Part shown: positions 47,237-59,400 of the stretch, piece by piece
How positions within the stretch are numbered: position 1 is the first letter of the stretch
Layout: each line of letters starts with the position of its first letter
Assembly (NCBI GenBank): GCA_965113315.1
Contig: OZ220375.1
Reading direction: 5' to 3' (one strand)
Source of the DNA: Podarcis vaucheri
Lineage: Eukaryota
Length of the DNA stretch: 64,000 nt
Made by a program: the position numbers and the translations under genes
Notes under the pieces: generated by a model
Told to the model about the DNA's origin: nothing
Seen by the model: only the letters and a program-made list of their open reading frames with translations
Database searches by the model: none

Positions 47237-47321
47237 ATGAAGTGGGTCACATTAATTTCTTGTCTTTTTTTGATAAGCTCGGCTGAGTCTAAACAGCTTC
47301 CCAGAAGGTACCGGGATGTAG
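47237..47321 (+). CDS. Gene B exon 1
   Basis: MKWVTLISCLFLISSAESKQLPRRYRDV; donor GTATGT. Confidence 0.95.
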
Positions 47322-47528
47322 GTATGTTGTGGGGGTTTGTGATATGTCTGTTTTTTAAACTTATTAATTTCGTGCTTATGTATAATATATGCATAGTTCT
47401 ATATCTATCTATCTTTCTAGCTAGCTAGCTAGCTATTTGGAATGGTCAGATTATTGCTGGCTTCATTATACTATTTTAAACAAAGACTAGGGGCTCAGTC
47501 CATTGTGAGGTTTTCCTGTGCAAAACTC

Positions 47529-47578
<50 letters not shown>

Positions 47579-50500
47579 CCTTTTGATTTTAACATTTATC
47601 AGTTTAAAAGTATCATTGATTCTTTATAAAGTGCACAATAAATATGGTGTTTAATAATACATAATAAAGTCATTAAGGCTAAAAGGCCTTTAAGGGTGTC
47701 TCCACCTGGCACCTTTATAATCCTTTTTAGCTCCCTGTCGGTAAAGCAGCAGAGAGTTCCACAGTCAGTTCCTCTCCAAACTAAGAGTTAGTAACTTTGG
47801 ACATGGCAAAGAGGAAGCATTCTGGGGGCATGTTGCAATATTTGCAATCTTTTGTGGATATGTTGGCTGTTATCATATGAATTGATATCCATATGTATAG
47901 GACTGTTACGTAAGAAACACTTCTGTATATATAATAAGGATATGCACCAGCCTCATGATTAAATTTCTATATGGATATTTCACTCCAGGAAGTCATCCAC
48001 CTTCTTCTGAAATTTGCCTCTGGATTCAGATCTGATCTGCTTTCTGAAAACTGAAGCACATTCTTCTCCATTCACTATTATGGGGATTCAAAACAAATAG
48101 AAAATACCTTCTCTCTCTGACCACCCTCTTCCACGCCATAGTGTGGTATTAACCTTATACAGCGGAACCTCGGTTTTCAAACGTAATCTGTTCCGGAAGA
48201 CCATTTGACTTACGAAACGTTTGAAAACCAAGGATCAATGGGCAGTCGGCAAAATCCATTGAAAAAAAATTGAGAAACGCACCTCAAAAGCCATTTGACT
48301 TCCGAGGCACGTTTGGAAACTGAAACAATTACTTCTGGGTTTTCAGCATTCGGCTTCTGAATCGTTTGGCTTCCGAGATGCTCGAAAACTGAGGAACCAC
48401 TGTATGGTAAACTGCCAATGGTGTGAGATGTCTCAATTGAAAATTTGATTTTTGTATTCTTTACAGGACACCATGACACCTTCAGACATTTAATTAAAAT
48501 AGCAGAGGGTCAGTTTCCCGGCATGTAAGTCTTTTCAGATGGTTTTCCTTGATATGACCTCCAGTCTTCACATGCAAAAACAAAAAGGAGTAATAAATAC
48601 AAAGGCTATTAAAGGATTAATACAGGCACCCCCCCCCCTTACATGGGTGTCACATTCCCGAACTCGACACGTATATGTGGAATTGTGTGAAATCAGAAGG
48701 GTGTTGTTGAGGGAGACTGTGGTGTAGCATGGGGGGTTGTAGGGGCTGTGGTCCTGGGCACAGTCACAGCGGGCTCCCTCCATGCCCCTCCCCTCCACCC
48801 CCACCTCCTGCATGCCCACCCAGATGTCACTAGCATACAGTTCGTCGCTGATTAAAAGTAGATTCTCAACAATGGTCTGTTCGTGTTTGTTTTAATTCCC
48901 ATTTGCTTTTAACTTGTTTTTATCTTTTTTTACTTTATTGTTTGGTTTTGTGTATGTGTGTGTTTGTATACATATATATTTCAATTACAGTATTACAGTC
49001 CAATCATTGCCTCATTATAACAATACCAAATTATTATACAATTACTAATACCAATCATTCAAATACTGAATTGTATAATTTAGGTGGCCCGCACATGCTA
49101 GATTTGATGGTTTGATTATTACTTTATTTCTGTGTTCCAAAATCTTATAAATCTCAATTACATTCCGGTTGAAATAATAATCCCTTATACAATAGCTGCA
49201 ATATTAATAACTTCTATTCATGTTGACACATTAAATGAACTACAAGTGAGGCACTCAAATTATATTCTTGTTCTTCCTGTGTGTGGCAATTATTTTGTCC
49301 GTGGTGTTTCTTCCTGACCTTGTAAAATGATATGTCTATCTTTTCCTAGATATTGCTGTTCTCCATCATGCCTTGGGCAGAGCTAATATCCCATTGTTGT
49401 TTCAGAAATTTCTCCATTGCTCCATCCTGTGCTTTGTTGTTTTGCAACTTTAACAACAGCTGCAAAAATCTCTCTGGCCCAATAAATAACCTGTTTTCAC
49501 CATTTTCACCCTCTCAGCCTAGGAAGAAGAGTAGTCTGTCAAACTGCAGATGACTCAGTAATGAACCTTGGCAAGCTCGCAGATTTCTTTCATCCTTTCG
49601 TTCAACTGAAGATAAATAAGCATTTATACTTCCAATTAAATTAAATTCCAGGTCCTTTTAGCATTGTTCAGTTCACACCATAGATAATAAAGGATGGTGA
49701 AGACTCAGCTCTAAGTTTCCATCGTAACCCTTCTGCAAAATAGAGCTTCCCTCCCTTTTTCCTTTTTTTTACACACACACAGTCTTTAATATCTATAATC
49801 CAGTTTCATCCCTCCTCACTTGCACATATATAAATTGAACTAATATTCAAGAGAGGGTTGCCGAATCATATATGTAGAGAAACAACTTTATTTCAAGAAA
49901 TTGTAGGCTCCCCTCCTCCCACACCGTCTTTTGCACTGAATGAAGTCTTCTCTCAAGTTCAAACCTCAATGACTTTGCAGCTGGTTCTGTTCCAAATTTT
50001 ATGATCTCATCTCTTCCAGCACGTTCCTGTACTTTAGTTCAAATTAAGCCTCTGCTTCTTAATGGTGGAGTAGGATAGTTATCAGCAGGCAAAGTGCTTT
50101 TGCACTCAGCGCCTCCCTGCCTCCCACATTCCATGCCGGAGCGAGAGCCAAGTGTTGAGATGAACTGCAAGTGAAGCCCATTCCCCCCTGTCCCTGAGGG
50201 GAACTGGGAAGATTATCCTCAATCATCCTTGTTTTTCCTTCACCAACAATCTCCTAATTTCATGGGAGCTGCCTCCATTAAGGCAGACCGGAACTGGAGG
50301 CTGGTTTTATATTTTTATATTGTAAACTGCTGTGTTATATATTTTTATGATACAGCGGTAAATAAATATTCCTATCTATAAATAAATAAATGTGTTTTCC
50401 CAGCATCATCGGCTTGTCATCTCAGAATCTGCAGAGAGCTTCATACGATGAGGTGGCTAAACTGAATGACAATCTTGTACAGCTCGCCAAGAAATGTTCT

Positions 50501-53421
50501 AGTGATGATCCAGCAACCCCAGATTGTGAAAAGCCTTTGGTAAGCCTTGGGACCTAAATTTGAAGGTTATGATTTGAAATATTGGTAAATTGCATAGTCT
50601 GGAGCCCTGGACCATCACGGATGCTCTTCTGATTGATTATGAAATTAAATGACCAAACCGGGAACTTTAGACAGAAAACATTCCACTTATAAAGAAACTA
50701 GTTTATGTAGAGAAGCATGCAACAGTCATAAATAGGGGACATACCTGGTTTAAAAGCACAGAGCTAGGCATATTGGATCAGACAAAAGTCTGCCTAGTAT
50801 GCCCGGTTGTCATAAGGTGCTTGTTCTTAACAATGTGCACTTGGCAAGGCATATTGGTAGCAAATGTGCACATTGATGGTAATATGGCCCACTGCTGAGC
50901 TAAGCTCTCTCCTGACAACCTGCCACACTTAATTACAATATTTTTGATGCAGGGCAGTGCCTTCCATAACATGTAGCTGTGGAGAAATAGTAATTAATTC
51001 CCCATTGGTTCTCTCTCCTGCCTGGGATAAAGAGGACTCACCTTTAATGACAACTTGATTTGCAGGACACACCACAGTATGGATGCAGGTCCCTAACTGA
51101 ACAAATCAACAAATGTATACTTTTTTACCCAGAGGTGTTCACACATGTGTAACATGCGTATCTGTGTAGAGAAATAGTTGAGCTAGTATAGTTTATCACA
51201 TGTAATTTTCAATGACTGCCTTTTCTAACTATGAACATAGTAGTTGAGTTACACACTCTTTCCCACACTTATACATGTGCAGAGGAACTTGTACCCTGGT
51301 TCAGTGTAATATGTGAACAAACATGTGAAACAAGTTGTATTAGGTACTTTGCATGAAATGTTGTACTATGGTGGTTTATAAACTAAACTTGACTTTTCCA
51401 TAAAACTATCTGGAAATTGTCCTTCTTTAAATCTCTTATAAAATGTAAACTTGATCATATAAACAGCTGCCTAGATGCACTTAACAATGGCTTACAATTT
51501 AAGACAACTATACAGACGTCCCCTAAAACATGTAAACAAGTAAACAGGCGAGTGTATGTCTAGTAAATGAAAACATTTTGCATCTCTCCTTCAGCGTACT
51601 GTTTTTCTGGATGAAATTTGTCATGAAGAAGGTCTTGCAGAGAAATATGGATTTACTGAGTGTTGTGGCAAAGTTGATCCCGAACGAAATGACTGCTTTC
51701 TAACTCATAAAAATGAAACTTCTGGATTCATTCCTCCTTTTGTAATGCCAGATGGAGAGAACGTATGCAAAGTATACCAAGATACAACAATTGAATTTCT
51801 GAACAAGTAAGTCATTTGAGTTGATGTAGTCATTTTGCTGAACTGGTTCTCCTTTGGGGGAAGAATCAAAATAATGTGTAACATATGACTTTCTCCTACA
51901 ATTCAGATGCTTGCAAATACTCTCACCTATTTCATGCAAGATGTTAAAAATTAGGTTGGAGCTGCAATAAAATACTTCAGGGTTCAATCCAGCCCCCCAT
52001 GTCCTCTACCAGGATTTGTTGATCCACTCATTTCTTCCCCCACCTCCAACACCCAACATTATGTTACTGCTGAGCATACTCAGTCCTCATTGGGCTGTTT
52101 TCTGTGTTTGAGTAGGAAGGCATTGCTTGCATGGTTTTTTGGGGGAGGTGGAGGGTGGGGACGGAGTTCCTTCTTTTTGGACCTGTGTAAGCCATGGGGT
52201 CCTACCAATCATGTTGGTGCCTCTCTCTTCCTTCTCACTGGCCCCATTTAGAGACCATAGCTATCTGGACACAGTGTTTGGGTTTGCAATTAGAGGAAAT
52301 GACATGTAATGCTACCTATATATACTGTATGCTGTCAAATTTCTTAACTTGAGGCCAATGGTTAAGTGGCCTAACTGAGTGCCTGAGTATCCTGTGTGGC
52401 AACTGGAATCTTTTTGCCTTGTCATTCTTTTCAGTAACATAGGTTTAATAATTGTCCTCCCTCTCCTTAACAACAGCTTTAATTATAAAAGATCTTGGCA
52501 CCTCAACTTTTTTTCCTTTTTTTAGAGTAATTGCAGTCCAGATTAATGAAAGTTTCCTTTTTGACCCAGTTACTACTATGAGCTTTCCAGAAGACATCCT
52601 TTTGCAAATGTTGCCGTACTCTATAAGACAGTTAAAGGGTTTCAAAAGGTACTGCAAACTTGCTGTCTGGAAACTGACAAGGATGCCTGCTTCAGAGAAA
52701 AGGTATTTCCTTTTAGCCCACATAACACCTCAATATTTTATTTAAAGAAACTTACATAATGTATTTCATACCCTCTAACATTTCTCAGATGAAAATAGAG
52801 ACATCCTATTCAATACTACTACTACTAATAATAATAATAATACTTTTATTTTTTATACCCTGCTTATCTGACTGGGGTGCCCCAGTTACTCTGGGCGGCT
52901 TCCAACATAATAAAACTATACAGTGCAGCCTTCAGATGTTTTCTAAAGGTTGTATCGTTACTTATCTCATTGGCTCAGGGGTCGTATAACTCCATGCCCT
53001 CCAACATCTCTGATGAAAATAGGGATGTCCTATCAAACCCTCCAACATTTCTTCGATGAAAACAGGGACGTCTTAAGGAAGAGTGGAACATTCTGGGATC
53101 AGATCAGAAATAAGAATGGCTTCTGTAAATCCAGGACTGTCCCTGGAAAATAGGGACACTTGGTGGGTCTGGTATTTCTGCTAGATTGATAGGGAGATGT
53201 TTTACATCTTCTCAGAGCAGTGGTCCAGGGTGGGAACCTTCAGTCCCTGAAGCTGACTGTGACCCTCCAAGCTTCTCCGTCTTGCCCTCAGGATTCTCCC
53301 CATGGTACAAACACTCCCCAACCACCACCACCCTACTGGCCCTGTTTCACACTGGCTGAAATGTGTCCTTGAATTCCAATAATGCCTCTTGCTTGCCAAG
53401 ATGGAGAATACAAAGCTCGCG

Positions 53422-53455
<34 letters not shown>

Positions 53456-56400
53456 AAGTAGCCTACTGTACACAGAAAAAACTCACATTCATTGTTCCAC
53501 CCACATTGGCCTCTAGACCCACCCACAATTGGCATACAGGGACCCAATAGTTGCCCAGAAGGGAAGGTGGCCCTTGCCTAAAAACATTTACCCACTCCTG
53601 ATCAAACCAAATACTACCTATTTTGACAGTTACTTTTCCAGGTTTCAATTAGGAGTTGTTCCCTTCCTCTGTTCTGTTTATCTAGAAATGGCAAACAATG
53701 AGCCTGGAAATACAGTATAAGGCAGGTGCTTTCTCACTGAAGTGCAATTCCTCCCACAATTCTTTCCGAGACTTTACTGGATATGTTTATCAGAGCAGAA
53801 GTCAGAATTCTGAAAGCTTGGATTCATCAGGAGATATAGATCAAGGAGAATGAATTCAGTTCAATTAGCTGTAAACCAGCTGTAGATTTGGTTGGGCCAC
53901 TATCAAAAACCCTGTTTTGCTTTTTCTCCAAGTTGCTCCTTGCAATGAATTAATTTTCATTGCTTTGTATATGTTGTTTTCTCTTACAGTTGCCGGCTGT
54001 GAGAGAGCAAAAGAATTATGCCATCGGATTGCAGAAACACACCTGTTCCATCCTGAAAGAGTTTGGGAAAAGATCCCTGAGGTTTCAGTGAGTCTGGGTG
54101 CTTTCTCTTTTGGGGGGATGGTGGTGTGACATTAGCTACATGGATGATCAAGTATTCTTGAGAATTACAGGAACCTTTGAGCACAAATGAAACTTTTTCA
54201 GGTATCAGAAACAATTTCCCAAATGAGGCTGATTTAGATATATCTCCCTGCTCAGTATCTCTTTTACACAGCAGTTTACTGGAAGGCCTACCTGGGTGGT
54301 GAGATGCTTATAGAATTGTAGCATTGGGAAAAAGCAAAATGCATTGCCAGGTACTGTAAGCCTCTGCAATTAAAACCATGAGGTGCTATAAGAAGAGAGC
54401 AGAGGCTTCTGGTCACATCCACCATATTCATTTAAGGCACACTGAAAGCATGTTGCTTCCCCCACAAAGAACCACAGAAATATTGGATCAGAAAAGAGCA
54501 AAACAAAAAACAAAACCCCTATATTTAACATTCACCACAGGAATTTGGATTGTGGTGTGCTACTGAAAGGTGCCTGGGGATGTAAAGAATTATAGTTCTG
54601 ATGTTTCAGGCAGCAAAGTCAATTCACATGTTTTAAACCCTCTTAGGTTTTGTTTTCTCTTTATTTGTTTATCACGTTTGCATCAACATTTGGTTTATTA
54701 GATTGTGATTCAGCCATTCAAACGTAAATGTAGCCAGTGATATAAATAGGGTCATGTGTACACTTTGGTGAAAGGATAACAATCCCAATGGCATTCCAGG
54801 ATCTGGATTGAGAATTAGGCAGCTATTCCAAAATTTCCATAGTATGGTCTGCTTTCTGCTAGTGGTAAAAAAAAAAGTGTAATGTGTCATGTATGACACT
54901 GAAAATGACCAGGAGTAAAGTTCTTGGGCCCTGGCATTGTCTACTCACATTAACCAATAAGTGATAAAAACTTTCTTTCCAGAAAAAAGCTGTGATTATC
55001 AGGGCACTGAATTAAGCAGCCGGTGCCAATTTCTGCAGCTTTTATCTGCTTGTATGAAATAGAAGGAAAGAAACATGAAGCCTTGAATGCAACTGTTCAG
55101 AAGTGTGGTACTGTAGGTATATAGTGGACTACAGGACACAATATGAATAAACTACCAGTGTTGCTGGGAATAAATTATATATATATATACACATCTGTCT
55201 TGAAACAATCTCAACATTTTGTTTGCTTTCTTTCCAGGGAAGTTGCTGACCTGAGCCGGAAATTCCCAAAGGCAGACTTTCCTATCATTCTCAAGTTTGC
55301 TGGTGACATTGTACACATCCATGAAGTGTTCTGCAAGGGTGATACTCTGGAGTATTTCCTTGATGTTGTAAGTTTTGTTAATTTTAATGTAACTTACTTC
55401 ATACCAAGAATAACATGGATGTTGGCATTGTCTAGTCATAATCTCCAGATTGGCCCAAAGCCTTATAGGAAGAATTCTGGCCAGGGAGCAAATTGGGGGC
55501 TTTGCATAGCCTTAGTTAAATGACTTTCAGCTGTGAAGAAGAATGGAGGCCTCACAGAATACAAAAGTGTCCTCTGGTGAAAACACCATGAGTCTCAAAC
55601 AGGATCCTGGTGGGGCTCTCCCTTGCTTTCTTCTATACTACACTGGTTGTTTGACAGAAGATGGAGCTGCTGACCTACTCCTTCCTTCACTTCACTTAAC
55701 AGTGCTCTAATTGGCTAAAAAATACTATTGCTTCTTCTACCTCAGCTGGGGTCAGCTGGCACCAGGGGTAAATCGGATTCCATTTGAGTGTATAAAACTG
55801 TGGACTCTGGCCTATTTTGCTAATGCGAGCATTTCAGTGATCAGGCACATCAAGCTGCTCTTTGTCTGTCAACTTGAAAGCTCCTGCCTTAAAATAACTA
55901 CCATATTTTTTCCTCCAAAAGACACACTTTTTCCCTCCTAAAAAGTAAGGGGAAATGTGTGTGCGTCTTATGGAGCGAATGCAGGCGGGAGGCAGGCAGG
56001 AAAAGCCGCCAAGAGCTGCACACATGCTCCGCATGGCTCTTGCGGGCTTTTCACCGAGGAGGGAGAAGGGCAGCCCCTCCCTGACTGGCTGTCCTTCTCC
56101 GACCTCGTAGAAAAGCCCCCAAAAGCCGTGCACTCTTTAAAGGCAGTACGGCTCTTGGGGGCTTTTGTGGGGGGTGGGGGAAGGGACAGAGGGCAGCCCC
56201 TCAGTCCCTTCCCCCACCTCCCACAAAAGCCCCCAAGAGCCGCACTCCCTTTCACGAGCCGCGAGGAGCGTGTGTGCGGCTCTTGGGGACTTTTCCCTCC
56301 TGGGAAGCGCCACACACACGCTCCACGCGGCTCGTGAAAGGGAGTGCTGAGCAGAGCCTGGGATGCATACAGGCTCTGCTCAGTGCTGTCTTTAAAAATA

Positions 56401-59400
56401 TTTCTTTTCTTGCATTCCCCCTCTAAAAAATAGGTGTGTCTTATGGAGTGAAAAATACGGCAGTTATTTCTGAGCCTCTTTTCTTACAGGCAGATTTGAT
56501 AGAGTATATCTGTACCCATCAAGACACTATATCTACTAAAGTGAAGGACTGCTGTGACAGGGGACTGCTGGATCGAGAAGAATGTCTCGTAAATGCGGAA
56601 AATGATGACAAACCTGCCGATTTGCCTTCCACTTTCAAGGAGTTTGTGGTTAAGGAAGTGTGCCAAAACTTCACGGAGAACAAGGCTACACTTCTAGAAA
56701 AGTATGGTATAGAGAATTCAGATTGGTCTCAATCCTAACTCTATAAAGCATACTGGGTTGCCAAGCATACTGAGGGCAAGAAGAACACATGTGGTATCAG
56801 AAGGGAAAGAGGAAATGTAACTTTATTATCATGTGCTGGATACTTTGTAACCTACAATTAAAAACCAATCTGATTGCTTCCCATGATTTCCCCCCCTCTG
56901 AGGGGAGGGTAAAGTTCTTTAAAAATTAAAAAAAAACTACCTTGAACAGCTAGGTGCACAGTTCCTGCTGTGCTCTATCCAAATAGGCCAAGAAGAATGT
57001 CCCTGGAAGTGACACCATGTGATCATGTAGCATTATTTTCAGAGCAATTCTGCAGGGGAAATAATGGCTGCCCCATACAATGGTGCCAACTTGGGCCCCA
57101 GACTGTGGTTGCCCAGTGTGGGGGCAGTGGACTCCAACAGAGGCCTGTCCCAGTTGCTGCCACAGCACTGGAGCACCAGAGGTAAGGCAGTGGGTGGCAG
57201 AGGCAGACAGTGCATGGTGGGGGACAGCAGGCAGCGGCAGTTGGAAGTGGAGGACGGGGACCCACAGCAAAAAAAATTGTGGCCCTCTATAGATGGCACC
57301 AGTGGCCCCATGGGTCTATGAGAAACAGCCACCCCCCTGCCCTCATACAGTGCACCTAAAAACCATGCTACCTTATCACTTTGCAAAAATTCATAAATTT
57401 TGTGGAGATTGATGCTCAAAGTCTAGTCCTGATTTTAATTTGCAGCCCTTGAACCTGGTTTTAGTTTGCAATTCTCCTGCGGCTGCAATATTGAAGTTAT
57501 ATTGATAAACAAACAAACAGCAGCAATAAAATTTAAATACCCAACTTACAGCGTTTGCCTAATGAATTGCTAAGTTGATGTATTCGAAGTACTTTCAACA
57601 CTTTCTACGTGTATTACTATTATTGTTGTAGATAACACAACATCATAATCACCATGTGTTCTTCCCTATGTTCCAGGTTTGTTTATGAGACTGGAAGGAG
57701 AAACCCTGAGTTTTCTAAGCAACTGCTGTTGAGAGTTGGCAGTAAATATGAGGGTTTGTTGGAAAAGTGCTGTGAAACTGAGCATCCTGAAGAGTGCTTT
57801 CATCAAGGGGTGAGTTATGTGTCATCTCCATGTAATTAATAGCTTCATTTGAAAATAAATAAATCCATGTGTTAATTCCAGTGAACAAACAGATCCAAGT
57901 TCTGTTCACTGGAACTGACATATGGAGGGTTGTTATTATTGTTATTATTGTTATTATTGTTTTGGAACTGAAGCTTTTATGCAACTGAAGCTACCATTCC
58001 CTATTAAAAGTGGTCACCTTAAATAACTCATAATATACGCACATTTAACTTGTGTGCACATGCTTGGCAAATTACACACACGCACACACAGGGGTGGAAA
58101 GAGGACAGGCATCTGGGGGGGGGGGGAGACTTTGACAATCACACCTGCCATTGAACTCAGTGTGTTTTGACTGTATGAGATTTTGGTTTTAGTCACTTTC
58201 CCCAGAACCTAACCCCAGCGTAAGTTGAGAATCACCGTACAAATATTTAATAGCAGTTATATTTTCCTTTAGGAAGGAGAACTAAGACAACACGCTGACA
58301 ATACCCTGGAAGCATTTAAGATGCGCTGCAAATTGTATGAGAAAGCAGGAGACCACGGCTTCCAAAATGAGTATGCTCTATCCTTTTCATATTATAACTT
58401 GTGAATAGGGGTCAATTTAGCTGGGCTAATTTAGTTTTAGATAACCTCTTTGTAGAGACAGAATGCAGAGGATGAATACTTTTATTAGAGCCAATAAAGA
58501 ATAGCTTTAGAGTTCTCAAGAACAATTCGTGTGGATGGATGTTAACCCAAAAGATGTGGGGTGGGAAGGAGAATATGGGCCTGATGTATGAGGCGCAAAG
58601 TCTATAGCTGGTGTATCTTGACACGAGGATGGTGTGGAGTTTAAGCAGACCTAATTAGAAGAATCTATGCTATGCAGAAACTGAAATGAGTCTGAAACAA
58701 AGTCTGCTGGCACAAAGAAACAACAATGGCTGCCTCCTACCCCCATTTTGAAGGAAAGGGAAAAAACAGCGGTTAACTGTGCTTTGTCTGCATATGCAAC
58801 ATCAGCTAAGTTATATGAACTTCCAGCAGCTGTGTATCAAATCCAGGATAGTGATTAATTTGTTTGTTTACATAGGAACACAAGACTTTGTCGAGATGGG
58901 GAGAACTCTTAAATTGAAGCTCCAGTGTTCCCACCAGTGCAGCCCTAAAAGTGACTTCACTTGTTCTAGTAACCTGTCAACTTGTGGAAGACAATGCAGT
59001 TTTCTGAGTCCTTGAGCATTACTGCAACCCCCCCCCCCCCCGACAAGGGTTGCATCCCAAATTCTCATTGACTAAAATCTTCTCACTTATGGTTCTTTGC
59101 AGAGTCCTTGTCCATTATACGAAGAGAGCTCCTGAGATGGCATTTGAAGAATTGTACCAGTACACAATGAAATTTGCAGGTGTTGTTGCCAAATGCTGTA
59201 AGGAGGATGACGCACACATAGTGGTGTGTGCTGATGAGAATGTGAGTATTTTATCCTCCATATTGGCCTCTTTCCTCCATCCACATTTCTTTCTTGTTCA
59301 GCAGGGTTTATTAAATACTATTTTAAATGTAATGCCTTTGAACTGGGCTCAGATAAAAACAAGCAAACAAACATGCAATAACGAATAGTGGAATAATTAG

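Noticed and set aside
48890-50150. Possible highly degraded minus-strand L1-like fragment in intron 2 of gene B
   Set aside because: Composition is suggestive, but no convincing protein motif could be read; it needs RepeatMasker.
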